This document shows, piece after piece, positions 1 to 8,959 of a stretch of 47,018 bases of DNA; positions within the stretch are counted from its first letter, which is position 1; each line of letters opens with the position of its first letter. The notes below the pieces were generated by a model, which saw nothing but the letters and a program-made list of their open reading frames with translations, did not search any database and was not told the DNA's origin. The stretch covers positions 1 to 47,018 of the IMG/VR virus record IMGVR_UViG_3300005611_000050; one strand, 5' to 3'. The position numbers were made by a program, and so were the translations under genes. Source of the stretch: a virus (Duplodnaviria > Caudoviricetes).

Positions 1-2
1 GT

Positions 3-143
3 TTTATAGATTCCCGCGGTGGCGTTAATAGTCCACACCTCATCGTATTCTTCAGAATGAGCTAAAGAAATAGCAAAGTTGACCTGTGATTTGCCCATTG
101 CAACAACAGCAATTTTTGCCCCCTTTAGTTTTTTGTGCTTCAT
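3..143 (-). CDS. Partial conserved phage protein (N-terminus; runs off window edge)
   Basis: Read manually: ATG at 143 after GAGG; MKHKKLKGAKIAVVAMGKSQ...DEVWTINA, a Rossmann-like beta-alpha start. Confidence 0.6.
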   Translation of the reverse strand, partial: MKHKKLKGAKIAVVAMGKSQVNFAISLAHSEEYDEVWTINATAGIYK

Positions 144-160
144 TTTTACCTCTAATGTTT

Positions 161-811
161 TTATTGCTTCTGTCTTATTACGCGACCAGCACGGTATTCA
201 TCTGTGGTTTCTTTCGCCTCGCCCAACATCTTCATGCCTGTAAGTGCTTCAACAAATCGCTGATTATAATTCGCAACAAGGTCTTGTTCACCTTTCATGA
301 AAGTATAGGCTTCAATCAATGATCCATACAACATTGCCATCGTTGCATTTTCAGACAACCAAGTTGTTCCGTCATCAGCACCCGCCGTCAAGCTTGCAGG
401 GCGGTAATAATAGTGCAGCTCAACCGAGTAATTAGAGTCAGGTGTCGGAGCAATAATAAAGTTGTTGATATCAAAGACAGCGTAATACCGAGGTGCCCCT
501 GTGTCTGTTGCGTCAGGGTTGTAGTCCTGTATGAAGTTCACGTCTTTGAATAGTAAAAATTCTTTGTCGCCTTCCGCATCTGTATAGCTGAGAGAAAACG
601 GAGCAAGGAAATCAGTGGGAGATGCTAAGTATTTATTTGATGCGGTAAAGCTCGCAGACACGTTCTTACGGAATAACGTAAGCTGGATGTTTTTAAGAAT
701 CCGCTCTTCTGCCGCACGGATAAACACAGGGAGATTAGTGACAAAAGTTGTTTCGTCGTTCTCAGTGTAGTCTTGAATTGCTTGCTTTAGCTGCGCGTAT
801 GTAAAACTCAT
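161..811 (-). CDS. Tail tubular/head-tail adaptor protein
   Basis: 216 aa; N-terminal helical part, GAPRYY and PTPDSNY motifs typical of podovirus adaptors; position in the late operon. Confidence 0.65.
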   Translation of the reverse strand: MSFTYAQLKQAIQDYTENDETTFVTNLPVFIRAAEERILKNIQLTLFRKNVSASFTASNKYLASPTDFLAPFSLSYTDAEGDKEFLLFKDVNFIQDYNPDATDTGAPRYYAVFDINNFIIAPTPDSNYSVELHYYYRPASLTAGADDGTTWLSENATMAMLYGSLIEAYTFMKGEQDLVANYNQRFVEALTGMKMLGEAKETTDEYRAGRVIRQKQ

Positions 812-1110
812 GTCGTTGTCACCGTCACTATTCCTGTTTTTCCCACGGCTCTTGGTACAGGCACTTTTTGTCCTACCGAATCAGTGTACAGCGTAACGCT
901 AAATGTTTCCGCCTGATCCGGTCGAGGATTACGCAAAGCTTGAGGGTCTGCGCCAACATTTGGTGCCTCTAGCTGCGGATGTTTCTCTTCATACTCGTCC
1001 GGACCTACTAACAAGCCATTCCATTCTTTCCGCATTTCGCGCAAACGATAACGGAACCCAGATCGATCCGAAATTCCGTATGCATATTTCGCAGAAGCAT
1101 AACGCGACAC
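808..1110 (-). CDS. Conserved hypothetical late protein
   Basis: 100 aa; 4-nt overlap with the next gene; SDRSGFRY and HPQL motifs. Confidence 0.65.
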   Translation of the reverse strand: MSRYASAKYAYGISDRSGFRYRLREMRKEWNGLLVGPDEYEEKHPQLEAPNVGADPQALRNPRPDQAETFSVTLYTDSVGQKVPVPRAVGKTGIVTVTTT

Positions 1111-1114
1111 TTTT

Positions 1115-1792
1115 TTAGAACCTAATGTACTGAATGTCGGGTTGTAGCTTTAAAGATACACGATCTTCATCTTCGTCAGCCGCCCGTTGGAATTCCTCTT
1201 CGTACACAGCCTTTAATAGCTGCACGCGCTCTGGAGCCTTTTTCATTGACAGGTAATAAGAAAGCCCGGCGATCATGCAAGGCAGGAACCGGTAAGGAAC
1301 GTCTGTCGTGTTTTTTGATGTGTCAGCATCTTCAATTCTCGTGATGTAGTAATACACCAATTGATCAGTACTACTATCAGGCGTAGGCCACACAACCAAC
1401 TCTGGGCTGGTCTGACGGTTAAAGTAGAATTGGGATGGTCTCCCGGTAGTCGTCTTGTTGGGAACATTCAAATATTCCCCGCGACTTATGCGGTCTACTT
1501 CGTAGTCAGTTCCACTTCGGCGTAACGCAACTTCTAGGATGTCGTTCATCGGGGACGCTAGTCCATTTCCCGAGTTGTACGTTGCCGTCCCAGAAATCAG
1601 AGTAAGCGTACCTTGCTTCACTGTCCAGAGGTTTACGCCACGATTCGCCCATTCGGAGAACATGATATTCAATGAGCGACGAGCGGTCTTCGCATCGTAG
1701 CCCGTGCGAACCTCTAAGCCGCAACGCTCATACGCTTCTTCAATGATATCAGCGACATCTAAATCGAAGTCGCGAGAGCCTGATGTTGCCAT
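1115..1792 (-). CDS. Head-tail adaptor/tail tubular protein A-like
   Basis: 225 aa; GRPSQFY and WPTPD motifs; similar in design to 161..811. Confidence 0.65.
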   Translation of the reverse strand: MATSGSRDFDLDVADIIEEAYERCGLEVRTGYDAKTARRSLNIMFSEWANRGVNLWTVKQGTLTLISGTATYNSGNGLASPMNDILEVALRRSGTDYEVDRISRGEYLNVPNKTTTGRPSQFYFNRQTSPELVVWPTPDSSTDQLVYYYITRIEDADTSKNTTDVPYRFLPCMIAGLSYYLSMKKAPERVQLLKAVYEEEFQRAADEDEDRVSLKLQPDIQYIRF

Positions 1793-1795
1793 ACT

Positions 1796-1939
1796 TTACT
1801 TCTTCTTGATCATTCCGCCGCGAGCTTTCTTAACCACTCCACCACGCATCATCTTAACCGGACCACCGCGAGCTTTCTTAACCATTCCGCCACGAGCTTT
1901 CTTAACAGGTGCTTTCTTTCCACGCATCATTCCAGGCAT
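1796..1939 (-). CDS. 47-aa basic repeat peptide (missing from ORF track)
   Basis: MPGMMRGKKAPVKKARGGMVKKARGGPVKMMRGGVVKKARGGMIKKK; AGGAG RBS upstream; fills the gap between neighbouring genes exactly. Confidence 0.8.
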   Translation of the reverse strand: MPGMMRGKKAPVKKARGGMVKKARGGPVKMMRGGVVKKARGGMIKKK

Positions 1940-1940
1940 T

Positions 1941-2408
1941 TTAATCTCTCCTTCGGAGTTCACTCCGTTGTTTGATCAATCGCTGATAGTCATCAGCGGG
2001 ATAATTGTCATAGTACCCTAACTTCTGGAGTATGTCCGCAGCGTCATCCAGATCAGACAACGTCTGTATGAAAACGATACTTCTGTCTTCTTGGTAAGAC
2101 AGTAACCAAAGGTCTTTACCTGTATGCCTAAGCCATCGATTTAATGCGTAACAGGACGCTTCTAACTGAAAGTAATCCTGATCCGGCTCTTCTTGTACAC
2201 ACATTACAACCTTATATGCATAGTTAAACTCTGCAATTTCACGACAAACTAAACCCCAAAGGTCCTCGTCTATCTGGACATTCACTTGTCCTTTATGCCA
2301 CGCCTGTTTAGCGAAGGGACACAATGGTACCCCGTTTGTTTCTGGATCAGGTTTGGATAGCACATCTACCCATTCCTCAACCCACTGATTTACTTCTTCT
2401 TTTTCCAA
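1941..2408 (-). CDS. Hypothetical protein with CPFA motif (DUF1415-like)
   Basis: 155 aa; W..LS......P.CPFAK N-terminal motif. Confidence 0.6.
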   Translation of the reverse strand: MEKEEVNQWVEEWVDVLSKPDPETNGVPLCPFAKQAWHKGQVNVQIDEDLWGLVCREIAEFNYAYKVVMCVQEEPDQDYFQLEASCYALNRWLRHTGKDLWLLSYQEDRSIVFIQTLSDLDDAADILQKLGYYDNYPADDYQRLIKQRSELRRRD

Positions 2409-2629
2409 CTGACACGTTTCGATGAGGTTTTCTTCTTCATCGCCGTCTTTGCCCCCGCAGTTTTACACTGCGCCTTTGTTGGACGGCAAGCAGGATAGCT
2501 TTTTCGCTTGTCCTTACTGCCTGAGCGTCCGCAAGGTTTGCCGGTTTTACAATCAACCCAGCCTTTACCTTTGTTCTGGCCGAACCACTTGCGTAGTGAC
2601 TCGCCTTTTTTCGTCTTGCGAACAGCCAT
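2390..2629 (-). CDS. Small Lys/Cys-rich protein
   Basis: 79 aa; WVDC..GKPCGR...YPACRP; TAATG coupling with upstream gene. Confidence 0.7.
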   Translation of the reverse strand: MAVRKTKKGESLRKWFGQNKGKGWVDCKTGKPCGRSGSKDKRKSYPACRPTKAQCKTAGAKTAMKKKTSSKRVSWKKKK

Positions 2630-2853
2630 TAGTACTTCTTGGCCTTTTTAGTTCCGGAAGATTTTTTCTTCTTGCCACCTGTGCCCCAGTTTTTTGCGCC
2701 GACTTTTCTGCACTTAGCGATTGCACCGCTTGCGTACGCACTTGGAAAAACCTTGTAGCGAGCTTTAACTTTTTTGTAACACGCGTCTTTTGCCACCTTT
2801 TTTCCTCCTGGTTTTGACACCTGCTTAGAGATGTTTGACCTACTGATTGTCAT
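2629..2853 (-). CDS. Small Lys-rich protein
   Basis: 74 aa; DACY.KVK.RY.VFPSAYASGA..KCRK; overlapping start/stop codons on both sides. Confidence 0.7.
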   Translation of the reverse strand: MTISRSNISKQVSKPGGKKVAKDACYKKVKARYKVFPSAYASGAIAKCRKVGAKNWGTGGKKKKSSGTKKAKKY

Positions 2854-3032
2854 TTTAACAAATGTTCAGCAACAGCAACGCCAATGATTAACGCTGCTAA
2901 CCCCCACATACGGAGATCAAGCTTTTCTAGGTAAGACTTGTGATCATCTAATCTTTCTTCGATCCGCTTGTACCGAAGGTTGCACTCAGCTTCGTGTTTT
3001 TCCAATTGTTGAAGGACATCTTCTGCTTTCAT
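2850..3032 (-). CDS. Coiled-coil protein with C-terminal transmembrane helix
   Basis: HEAEC..RY..IE.RL followed by a hydrophobic helix; start moved to ATG 3032, just after the upstream stop. Confidence 0.65.
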   Translation of the reverse strand: MKAEDVLQQLEKHEAECNLRYKRIEERLDDHKSYLEKLDLRMWGLAALIIGVAVAEHLLK

Positions 3033-3034
3033 GA

Positions 3035-3280
3035 CTACCACTTTTTGCATGACCAGTACTTTGCTTTGAGCTTACTCAAAGTCCCCTTATCGCAACCATG
3101 CCGAGCGCGGAATGACTTACGCGCTTTGGGGTTCGACTTGCGAATCTTCATGTTGGCGTCGCCAAAACGAACAATCTTTTCTTTGCCGTTTTCACACGCC
3201 TTAACAACAAACTTCTTACCGCCAGATACCTGACGCTTTGGCTTGTTGCATTTCATTTTGTCCTTGTCAATCTTTGCCAT
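3035..3280 (-). CDS. Small Lys-rich protein
   Basis: 81 aa; KIVRFGD...RKSFRARH.C...YWSC..W. Confidence 0.75.
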   Translation of the reverse strand: MAKIDKDKMKCNKPKRQVSGGKKFVVKACENGKEKIVRFGDANMKIRKSNPKARKSFRARHGCDKGTLSKLKAKYWSCKKW

Positions 3281-4026
3281 TACAAGGGTCCGCCGTTCTG
3301 TATCAAGATAATGTCATACGCTGCGGTCACCTGCGCATTGTTAGTGCGCACTGATGTACGGACATCAATGTCTGTCTTTTCTGGAAGAGCAAACGGGCAG
3401 GTGAATGCATAAGAATATTCTGAACTAGCCACCTCAAACGTGTGTCCGATCACAAATCGGTCGCCTAACAATCGGTATAGGAATGTTCCTGTCGCATCGG
3501 CCCCGTTTTGAATGGTCATCGAACCTTGGGTCAGATATGCAGTGAATCCTGCGGGGACGGTATATGTACCTTTAAGAGACTGCCCAACGCCAGCAATTAT
3601 CCGCCCGACAGTTGTCGCGCCTTTAAGTACGTTGATTTGACCCACATTGGTAGCAGCCCCGTTCATCCGCACTAAATCAAGTCGTTTGAATACAGTAGAA
3701 GACGTGTTGCCTGTTGCGTTAGTGAGGGTGATTGTCGTGGTGACCGGATTGTAATCCGCATCTAGCCCAGCAACGATGACATTTTTATCTGCGTCGGCAG
3801 CGTCGGCTCTTGAAACAGTGATTGTCCCAGCCGTATCCCAAGCACTCCAAGGATATAATGTGTCGTTTACGTCCCAGACTGTTCCTGTCTGGTTTTGACT
3901 CATCGCAGGGACACGGCCTTGACGATGCACGAAAGAATGCCCGGGGATCTGGCCCCGAGCAATCTGAAGTTCAAATGGCTCCGATGTTCCGACCTGCGAT
4001 ATTGAGCGGATGTCGTAAACAGCCAT
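3280..4026 (-). CDS. Putative virion structural protein (beta-rich)
   Basis: 248 aa, Thr/Gly/Val-rich; downstream of the capsid genes. Confidence 0.6.
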   Translation of the reverse strand: MAVYDIRSISQVGTSEPFELQIARGQIPGHSFVHRQGRVPAMSQNQTGTVWDVNDTLYPWSAWDTAGTITVSRADAADADKNVIVAGLDADYNPVTTTITLTNATGNTSSTVFKRLDLVRMNGAATNVGQINVLKGATTVGRIIAGVGQSLKGTYTVPAGFTAYLTQGSMTIQNGADATGTFLYRLLGDRFVIGHTFEVASSEYSYAFTCPFALPEKTDIDVRTSVRTNNAQVTAAYDIILIQNGGPL

Positions 4027-4035
4027 TTTGATTAC

Positions 4036-4662
4036 CTATGCGTGGAACGCGGTCATATTAGTAAACACTGTTGTTCCAGCGGTATACGGGAGAAAACATC
4101 CGTTTTCAAAGATGATTCCTTCGGAAGGAAGGGTTACATCTCTCTCCGCTGTTGCTGAAGCAACTGTGCCTAGCTTTAATTTAGCTGTACCGGTTGCACT
4201 TCCATTAGCAAATGTAACAACACCCGCTGTTGATGAGTTCACAATAAACGCGCCCTTTAATCGAGCACGCTCTGCAAAAACAACATCCAAAGCATCGTTA
4301 GACATGCCAACAGAAAGAGTGCTGACAGTATCATCATCAACAGTGACTGCAGTGACTGTACGGAAATACAATGTGCCTGTCGATACACCTGATGCTGTTA
4401 CACCAATCTCTTCTGTTTGCGCTGCTCCATTCACATCCGTGCCTGTTACGGTGACCGTACGGTCACCGTCAGCGCCTGCTGCTGTCACAGTGATCTTACG
4501 AGCAGCGGTGAAAGTAGCCACCCCGTCCGTAGCATCTGTTCCATCAATTGGAATAGCTTGTTCACCACCACCAGAAAGATTCTCCGCGGTACAAACGCTT
4601 GCGGCATCGGCGGCATTGGTGTCCGCTTCGATGAATTTAGCCTTTACGTCTGATCCAGCCAT
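4036..4662 (-). CDS. Putative virion decoration/structural protein
   Basis: 208 aa, Ala/Thr-rich beta protein; AGGAG RBS. Confidence 0.65.
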   Translation of the reverse strand: MAGSDVKAKFIEADTNAADAASVCTAENLSGGGEQAIPIDGTDATDGVATFTAARKITVTAAGADGDRTVTVTGTDVNGAAQTEEIGVTASGVSTGTLYFRTVTAVTVDDDTVSTLSVGMSNDALDVVFAERARLKGAFIVNSSTAGVVTFANGSATGTAKLKLGTVASATAERDVTLPSEGIIFENGCFLPYTAGTTVFTNMTAFHA

Positions 4663-4673
4663 GAGCTATCTCC

Positions 4674-5294
4674 TTACGAGGCTTGTCCAACAATGGTAAT
4701 CATGAGCTTACCTGTTGAGTACGTTCCGTCGTCTGTGTCCTGTGCAACAAGATACAAATACTGATCTGCCGCAATAGTTTGACCATATACAACTGAACCC
4801 AAAGACAGATCGCCAGAATCAATAATCTGTGTTTCTGTCAAGCTGGTAATGGCGCCATCAAAAGCCCCCGTACCCTCTGTTGCAGAGTACAAGTCAATGT
4901 TTGGCTCGCCTGTGGCTGGAACTTCCAGACACTCCATGCGAACTGAAACAACCGTTCCTTGATCTGCCGCAGTCACGCGAGCGATGTACGCTGGATCAGT
5001 ATTCGCATCTTCGCCAATGATGTCTCCAGCAGTGCCGCTAGAATCAAGACCAGCAAGGTCAATGAAGATTTTGGTAGTGATGATGTCGCCTTCGCGGATC
5101 ACGCTTGTTGATGGGGTAGTAACATCTGTGATGCCTGCGCCCGCAACATTCGCGATGGAGTTAGCGTCAAATGATGCTTTGCCATCTGTGCCAATTGAAG
5201 AAAGGGTTGTGAACGCGCCTGTTGTTGCGTTCTTAGAGACCGATTGGAATCCGTTTTCGGAGCGGACTGGACCGCTGAAAGTAGTGTTCGCCAT
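4674..5294 (-). CDS. Putative capsid decoration/fibre protein
   Basis: 206 aa starting MANTTFSGPVRS; AGGAG RBS; first gene after the capsid terminators. Confidence 0.65.
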   Translation of the reverse strand: MANTTFSGPVRSENGFQSVSKNATTGAFTTLSSIGTDGKASFDANSIANVAGAGITDVTTPSTSVIREGDIITTKIFIDLAGLDSSGTAGDIIGEDANTDPAYIARVTAADQGTVVSVRMECLEVPATGEPNIDLYSATEGTGAFDGAITSLTETQIIDSGDLSLGSVVYGQTIAADQYLYLVAQDTDDGTYSTGKLMITIVGQAS

Positions 5295-5295
5295 G

Positions 5296-5345
5296 AGAAT
5301 CTCCTGTCGTGGCTAAGGTCAAATACGGTATGTATTTGTCAGAAG
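5296..5345 (-). ncRNA. Structured leader RNA, candidate Mu-gpT-DE-like motif
   Basis: CUGAC, then hairpin CAAAUAC/GUAUUUG, then ACCUUAGCCACGACAGGAG; lies downstream of a gpT-like capsid gene; family match not verified. Confidence 0.35.
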
Positions 5346-5353
5346 TTATTTGA

Positions 5354-5364
5354 AGTATACACAC
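5354..5364 (-). promoter_or_regulatory. Extended -10 promoter element
   Basis: TGTG-TATACT on the minus strand directly after a terminator U-tract. Confidence 0.45.
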
Positions 5365-5390
5365 AAAAAAGAGGGGCGCATAGCGCCCCT
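5365..5390 (-). terminator. Intrinsic terminator
   Basis: AGGGGCGC/GCGCCCCT stem followed by T6 on the minus strand. Confidence 0.75.
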
Positions 5391-5450
5391 AAGTCATCTA
5401 GGAAGTAACCGTTGAGAGGGAATATCCCAACGGATTAATCAAACCATAAT

Positions 5451-5474
5451 AAAAAAGGGGGCGCAAGGCCCCCT
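5451..5474 (-). terminator. Intrinsic terminator after the major capsid gene
   Basis: AGGGGGC/GCCCCCT stem followed by a T-run on the minus strand. Confidence 0.8.
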
Positions 5475-5497
5475 CTTCGTTGTAGTTTTTAAACTAC

Positions 5498-6412
5498 TTA
5501 CGCGGCACCTGGCGAACCGAATACAGCGCGTGGATCCGAGAATCCAAAGCTGTAACGCTCACGCGCCTTGAAGCGCATGTTGCCAGTGTCGAAGTCCGCT
5601 TCCATGTTAGTGGAAAGTGGAGTCCGCTCGAAGTGGACGAATCCACGAGGTGCGTCAGTCATGATGAAGAACGCATCTGGATCTGTCAGGAAGTCGTTGA
5701 CAGCATAGCCGTCAGGCAACATACCCATAGAACGCAAAGCGTTAACATCATTGTCTGCAGTACCAACACGGAGGTTAGATACCATCAGACGCTCTGCGAT
5801 GAACTGAAGCTGACGTGGAATGATCAGCTTAGTGCCGCGCAGTGCAACCTTCAAACCACGCTCATCGACGAAACCAGCGATGCTGATCAATGCGTCTTCG
5901 AGTGAAGTTTCGTTAAGGTCGGCAGCAGTTGAAGGCTCGTTAGAGAACGTGCCACCATTTGTCAGTGGGTGGTCAGTCGCACAAAGCGCCTTACCATCGC
6001 CACCAGCACTCGCACCTGCAGTGAACGCGTTGTTCAATACAGAAGCGGCCTTGACCTGCTTAGTGTGAGCCATTGAACGGGCAAGAGCACGAGTGTAGCG
6101 AGATGACAGACGATCATACAGATTGTCTTCAACCGCTTCTTCAGTGATCGAGAATGCCAGAGCAATAGTCTCGTGGTTGTAACGTGCTGTGTATGCTTCT
6201 TGTGCATCATCAAAGCTGACGGATGAACCTTCAGACTTTGTTGGTGCTGTACCGAAGCCAGACAACATTACTTCTTCTTCAAACGCACGGTCAGAAGATT
6301 CAGTAGTGTAAATCTCAGCGTGTTGATTTTCATACCGAGCGTACTCCATGCCAAATAAGGCATTGAGACCCGGCTCCAGTTCTTTCGCTAATTGAGCGCG
6401 AGAAATAGCCAT
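5498..6412 (-). CDS. Major capsid protein (Mu gpT-like, HK97 fold)
   Basis: 304 aa; MAISRAQL.KELEPGLNALFG start and KARERYSFG..DPR..FGSPG end; follows the scaffold, followed by a terminator. Confidence 0.9.
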   Translation of the reverse strand: MAISRAQLAKELEPGLNALFGMEYARYENQHAEIYTTESSDRAFEEEVMLSGFGTAPTKSEGSSVSFDDAQEAYTARYNHETIALAFSITEEAVEDNLYDRLSSRYTRALARSMAHTKQVKAASVLNNAFTAGASAGGDGKALCATDHPLTNGGTFSNEPSTAADLNETSLEDALISIAGFVDERGLKVALRGTKLIIPRQLQFIAERLMVSNLRVGTADNDVNALRSMGMLPDGYAVNDFLTDPDAFFIMTDAPRGFVHFERTPLSTNMEADFDTGNMRFKARERYSFGFSDPRAVFGSPGAA

Positions 6413-6424
6413 TATCTAGTCTCC

Positions 6425-7069
6425 TTATACGCCAAGTACACTAACAGTACCCTGAACGATAGAGCCGTTCGGAGCATTGAAGTGGTTGTTGATACGAACA
6501 ATCATTGGAATACCATCTACAGAAAAGTCTGAGTTCTCAGCCTGATCCATAATACCAACGATACGAAGCGGGAATGTCGCTGTCGTTGCCGCTGTTGAGA
6601 TATTCAATGTTGCAGACGAAAGTCCTGTCGTGTCGTCACCGCTGTTGCCATCTGCCAACTGTGCGTTAGCAAATACTGTCGCACGATATTCTGCTTCGGT
6701 ATCGAAGTCAGTAGTGCTGCCAGAACTAGCAATTGTGAACAACTGATTAGGATTGTCATAAACAAAGGCTTTGACGGGGAAGTTAGAATCCGCGCCAGAA
6801 CCAGGCCAGTAGTTAGAGAACACTGTTTCACCAGTTGTCGAGCTAACGTACTCACATCCGTTAAACACACCCAAGATAGATACGGTACCGCCCGTTGCTG
6901 CTTGCAGATCGTCGATCACGCCATCAGCCGTAGGGATAACTGCCATACCCTTGTAAATCTTGTTTGTGTTCGTTGAAGCGATACGATACTCGGTCAAACC
7001 AGTGGAGTTAGGTGCTGAACCTAAAATACCATACGGACGCAGTCCGAAGGCTCCATTAGAATTTGCCAT
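6425..7069 (-). CDS. Capsid cement/minor capsid protein
   Basis: 214 aa; FGLRP and GVFNGCEY motifs; directly upstream of the major capsid gene. Confidence 0.6.
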   Translation of the reverse strand: MANSNGAFGLRPYGILGSAPNSTGLTEYRIASTNTNKIYKGMAVIPTADGVIDDLQAATGGTVSILGVFNGCEYVSSTTGETVFSNYWPGSGADSNFPVKAFVYDNPNQLFTIASSGSTTDFDTEAEYRATVFANAQLADGNSGDDTTGLSSATLNISTAATTATFPLRIVGIMDQAENSDFSVDGIPMIVRINNHFNAPNGSIVQGTVSVLGV

Positions 7070-7092
7070 GAGTTTTTACCTCGTAAAATTTA

Positions 7093-7557
7093 TCAACTGT
7101 CGCTTTTGCGACCACCAAAACTAACCCGACTCTGCCTATCACTATGCATCGGCATTGAAGGGTGTTGTTCTTTCATCATGTCTTGGTCAACAGCAGTCAT
7201 TTGCTCGCGGGTCCGGAGCCCGTAATACTCGGATCTTTCTTTTGCTGTTTCCGCAGGAATCCGGCAAAGCATTAAGCCTCCCTGACCTATTACTCCTGCG
7301 TGCCTACCCTCGTCAATGACGGGGTAATTGTAATCGGGATACTCTTCGGCCCGGACGGGTTCCCATCCTTCGCGTAACTTAGTGTGGACATTCATTGTGT
7401 CCTCTTCATTACGCATCGAAGTACGAATCCAACGATGTACATAGCCCTCTGGGGCTTGTGGAGCTTCCAGCCTACTTGGCGGAGCCCACGGTTTTCTGCG
7501 CTCTTCAGTTGAGCGATCTTTAGCTGCGCGTGGTGTGCGTGTATTTGATTCTGTCAT
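7093..7557 (-). CDS. Conserved head-module protein
   Basis: 154 aa; W.PPS.L.AP..P.GY.HRWIR and REGWEPV motifs. Confidence 0.7.
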   Translation of the reverse strand: MTESNTRTPRAAKDRSTEERRKPWAPPSRLEAPQAPEGYVHRWIRTSMRNEEDTMNVHTKLREGWEPVRAEEYPDYNYPVIDEGRHAGVIGQGGLMLCRIPAETAKERSEYYGLRTREQMTAVDQDMMKEQHPSMPMHSDRQSRVSFGGRKSDS

Positions 7558-7566
7558 GTCAGTCTC

Positions 7567-8472
7567 CTAGTCCTTAACGTATTTCGCGTATTCTTCAAGC
7601 GGGACACCAAGCTTCTTGGCGATAGCCACCTGAGACGGACTGAGCTTGACTTTCCTGCGCCCTGGTTGTGGTTTTCGGGATGCCGAAGTGTCAGCAGATG
7701 CGACCTGTCCACTTCTCCCATTTTTCTGACCGGCAAACTTGTGCGGAAACTCCACACGAATTTGTCGATCTATTTCATTGTAGTACTCATCGGAAGTAGG
7801 ATCAAACCCTTCTTCTTCGACAAGCTTACGATGAATTCCAAATGCGGCATAAGTCATGACCTCGTCTTGACCAAACCACTCGTTCTTTGTTGCCCAGTCC
7901 TGTGCTCTTGGATCAGGTTCTGGAGCACGCTCTTGTTGTACAGGTTGTTGTACAGGAGCGGCTTGCGGCTCGGATGTACGTTGTACCTGCACGCGCTCTT
8001 GCTGCTGTTTGGCTAGACGATAACGCTCTTGCTCAATCGAGATTCTCGACAGCATTTCCTGAGCTTCAATCATCTTGTCTACGTCGCCACGATCATGAGC
8101 GTCGCGGTACGCTTGCTTGGCAAGATTTTGTTGGTTCTCTAACCGCTGACCGTATTCAGTTAAGTGAGCTTGTTGAGAACTTTGCATCTGAGTCTTCAGA
8201 GTTTCATTCTCTTCGCGTAGCTTTTGAGCTAAACGAACAGCTTCTTCACGGTCACGTTCTTCCTGACGATATTTCTCCGTCAGTTTTTTGATTCGCTTCT
8301 GGACGTTCTTACTATAGTTTTCAAGCTCTTCCCCTGATTGCTCAGGTTCTGAGGTCTCTTGTTTGGCCTCTGCTTCTACAGTATCACCGGTATCGGTATC
8401 GGTATCCGAACCTTCCTGCTCTGGCAGATCAATTTCTACCTCTTCAATTTCATTCTTTTCTTCTTCAGACAT
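7567..8472 (-). CDS. Capsid scaffolding protein
   Basis: 301 aa acidic coiled coil ending LSPSQVAIAKKLGVPLEEYAK; position before capsid genes. Confidence 0.75.
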   Translation of the reverse strand: MSEEEKNEIEEVEIDLPEQEGSDTDTDTGDTVEAEAKQETSEPEQSGEELENYSKNVQKRIKKLTEKYRQEERDREEAVRLAQKLREENETLKTQMQSSQQAHLTEYGQRLENQQNLAKQAYRDAHDRGDVDKMIEAQEMLSRISIEQERYRLAKQQQERVQVQRTSEPQAAPVQQPVQQERAPEPDPRAQDWATKNEWFGQDEVMTYAAFGIHRKLVEEEGFDPTSDEYYNEIDRQIRVEFPHKFAGQKNGRSGQVASADTSASRKPQPGRRKVKLSPSQVAIAKKLGVPLEEYAKYVKD

Positions 8473-8959
8473 TCATCACATCTCCTGGTTCAAGAATCGT
8501 CGCAATGACTTCATCATCGTTAATTATCCGGATCTCACCGCCATCAATCTTGAAGCGAGAACCAGAATAACGCCCAATACACACCCATTCACCTTCCTTG
8601 CACCAAGGATCACAATCGCCGAACTTAGCGGGGTCCTTATACGCCAAAGGTCCAACTTTAAGAACATAAGCAACAACAGTTGCTAGTTGTTCCCGTTGCC
8701 GGATCTCATCTGGGATAAATATCCCACCGTCAGTGGTGGTTTTGCCTTGATATGGCATCACAAGAATTCGCCAACCAGTAGGGTTGGGTAATCTTTCTTT
8801 CAGTGATTTATCGAGGAGGGAGGGGTCTAGGACACGTTTCGACTCTTCAACGTAAGCGTTTTCGAGTGAAGGTCCGTCGGTCTTTTGTTCCTTCGCGGGC
8901 TTCTCAGCCGCTAGACTAGCGGCGACGTGCTCCGGAACTAGCAAAGAGGTCTTCGACAT
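8465..8959 (-). CDS. groES: Co-chaperonin GroES-like protein
   Basis: PTGWRILV...TDGGIFIP...VLKVGP...GEWV...YSG...IINDDEVIATI matches the Cpn10 pattern. Confidence 0.9.
   Translation of the reverse strand: MSKTSLLVPEHVAASLAAEKPAKEQKTDGPSLENAYVEESKRVLDPSLLDKSLKERLPNPTGWRILVMPYQGKTTTDGGIFIPDEIRQREQLATVVAYVLKVGPLAYKDPAKFGDCDPWCKEGEWVCIGRYSGSRFKIDGGEIRIINDDEVIATILEPGDVMNV

Noticed and set aside
4028-4699. 223-aa plus-strand ORF and similar antisense ORFs (4984..5316, 23096..23683, 42306..42749)
   Set aside because: Shadows of well-supported genes on the other strand; no RBS or recognisable motifs
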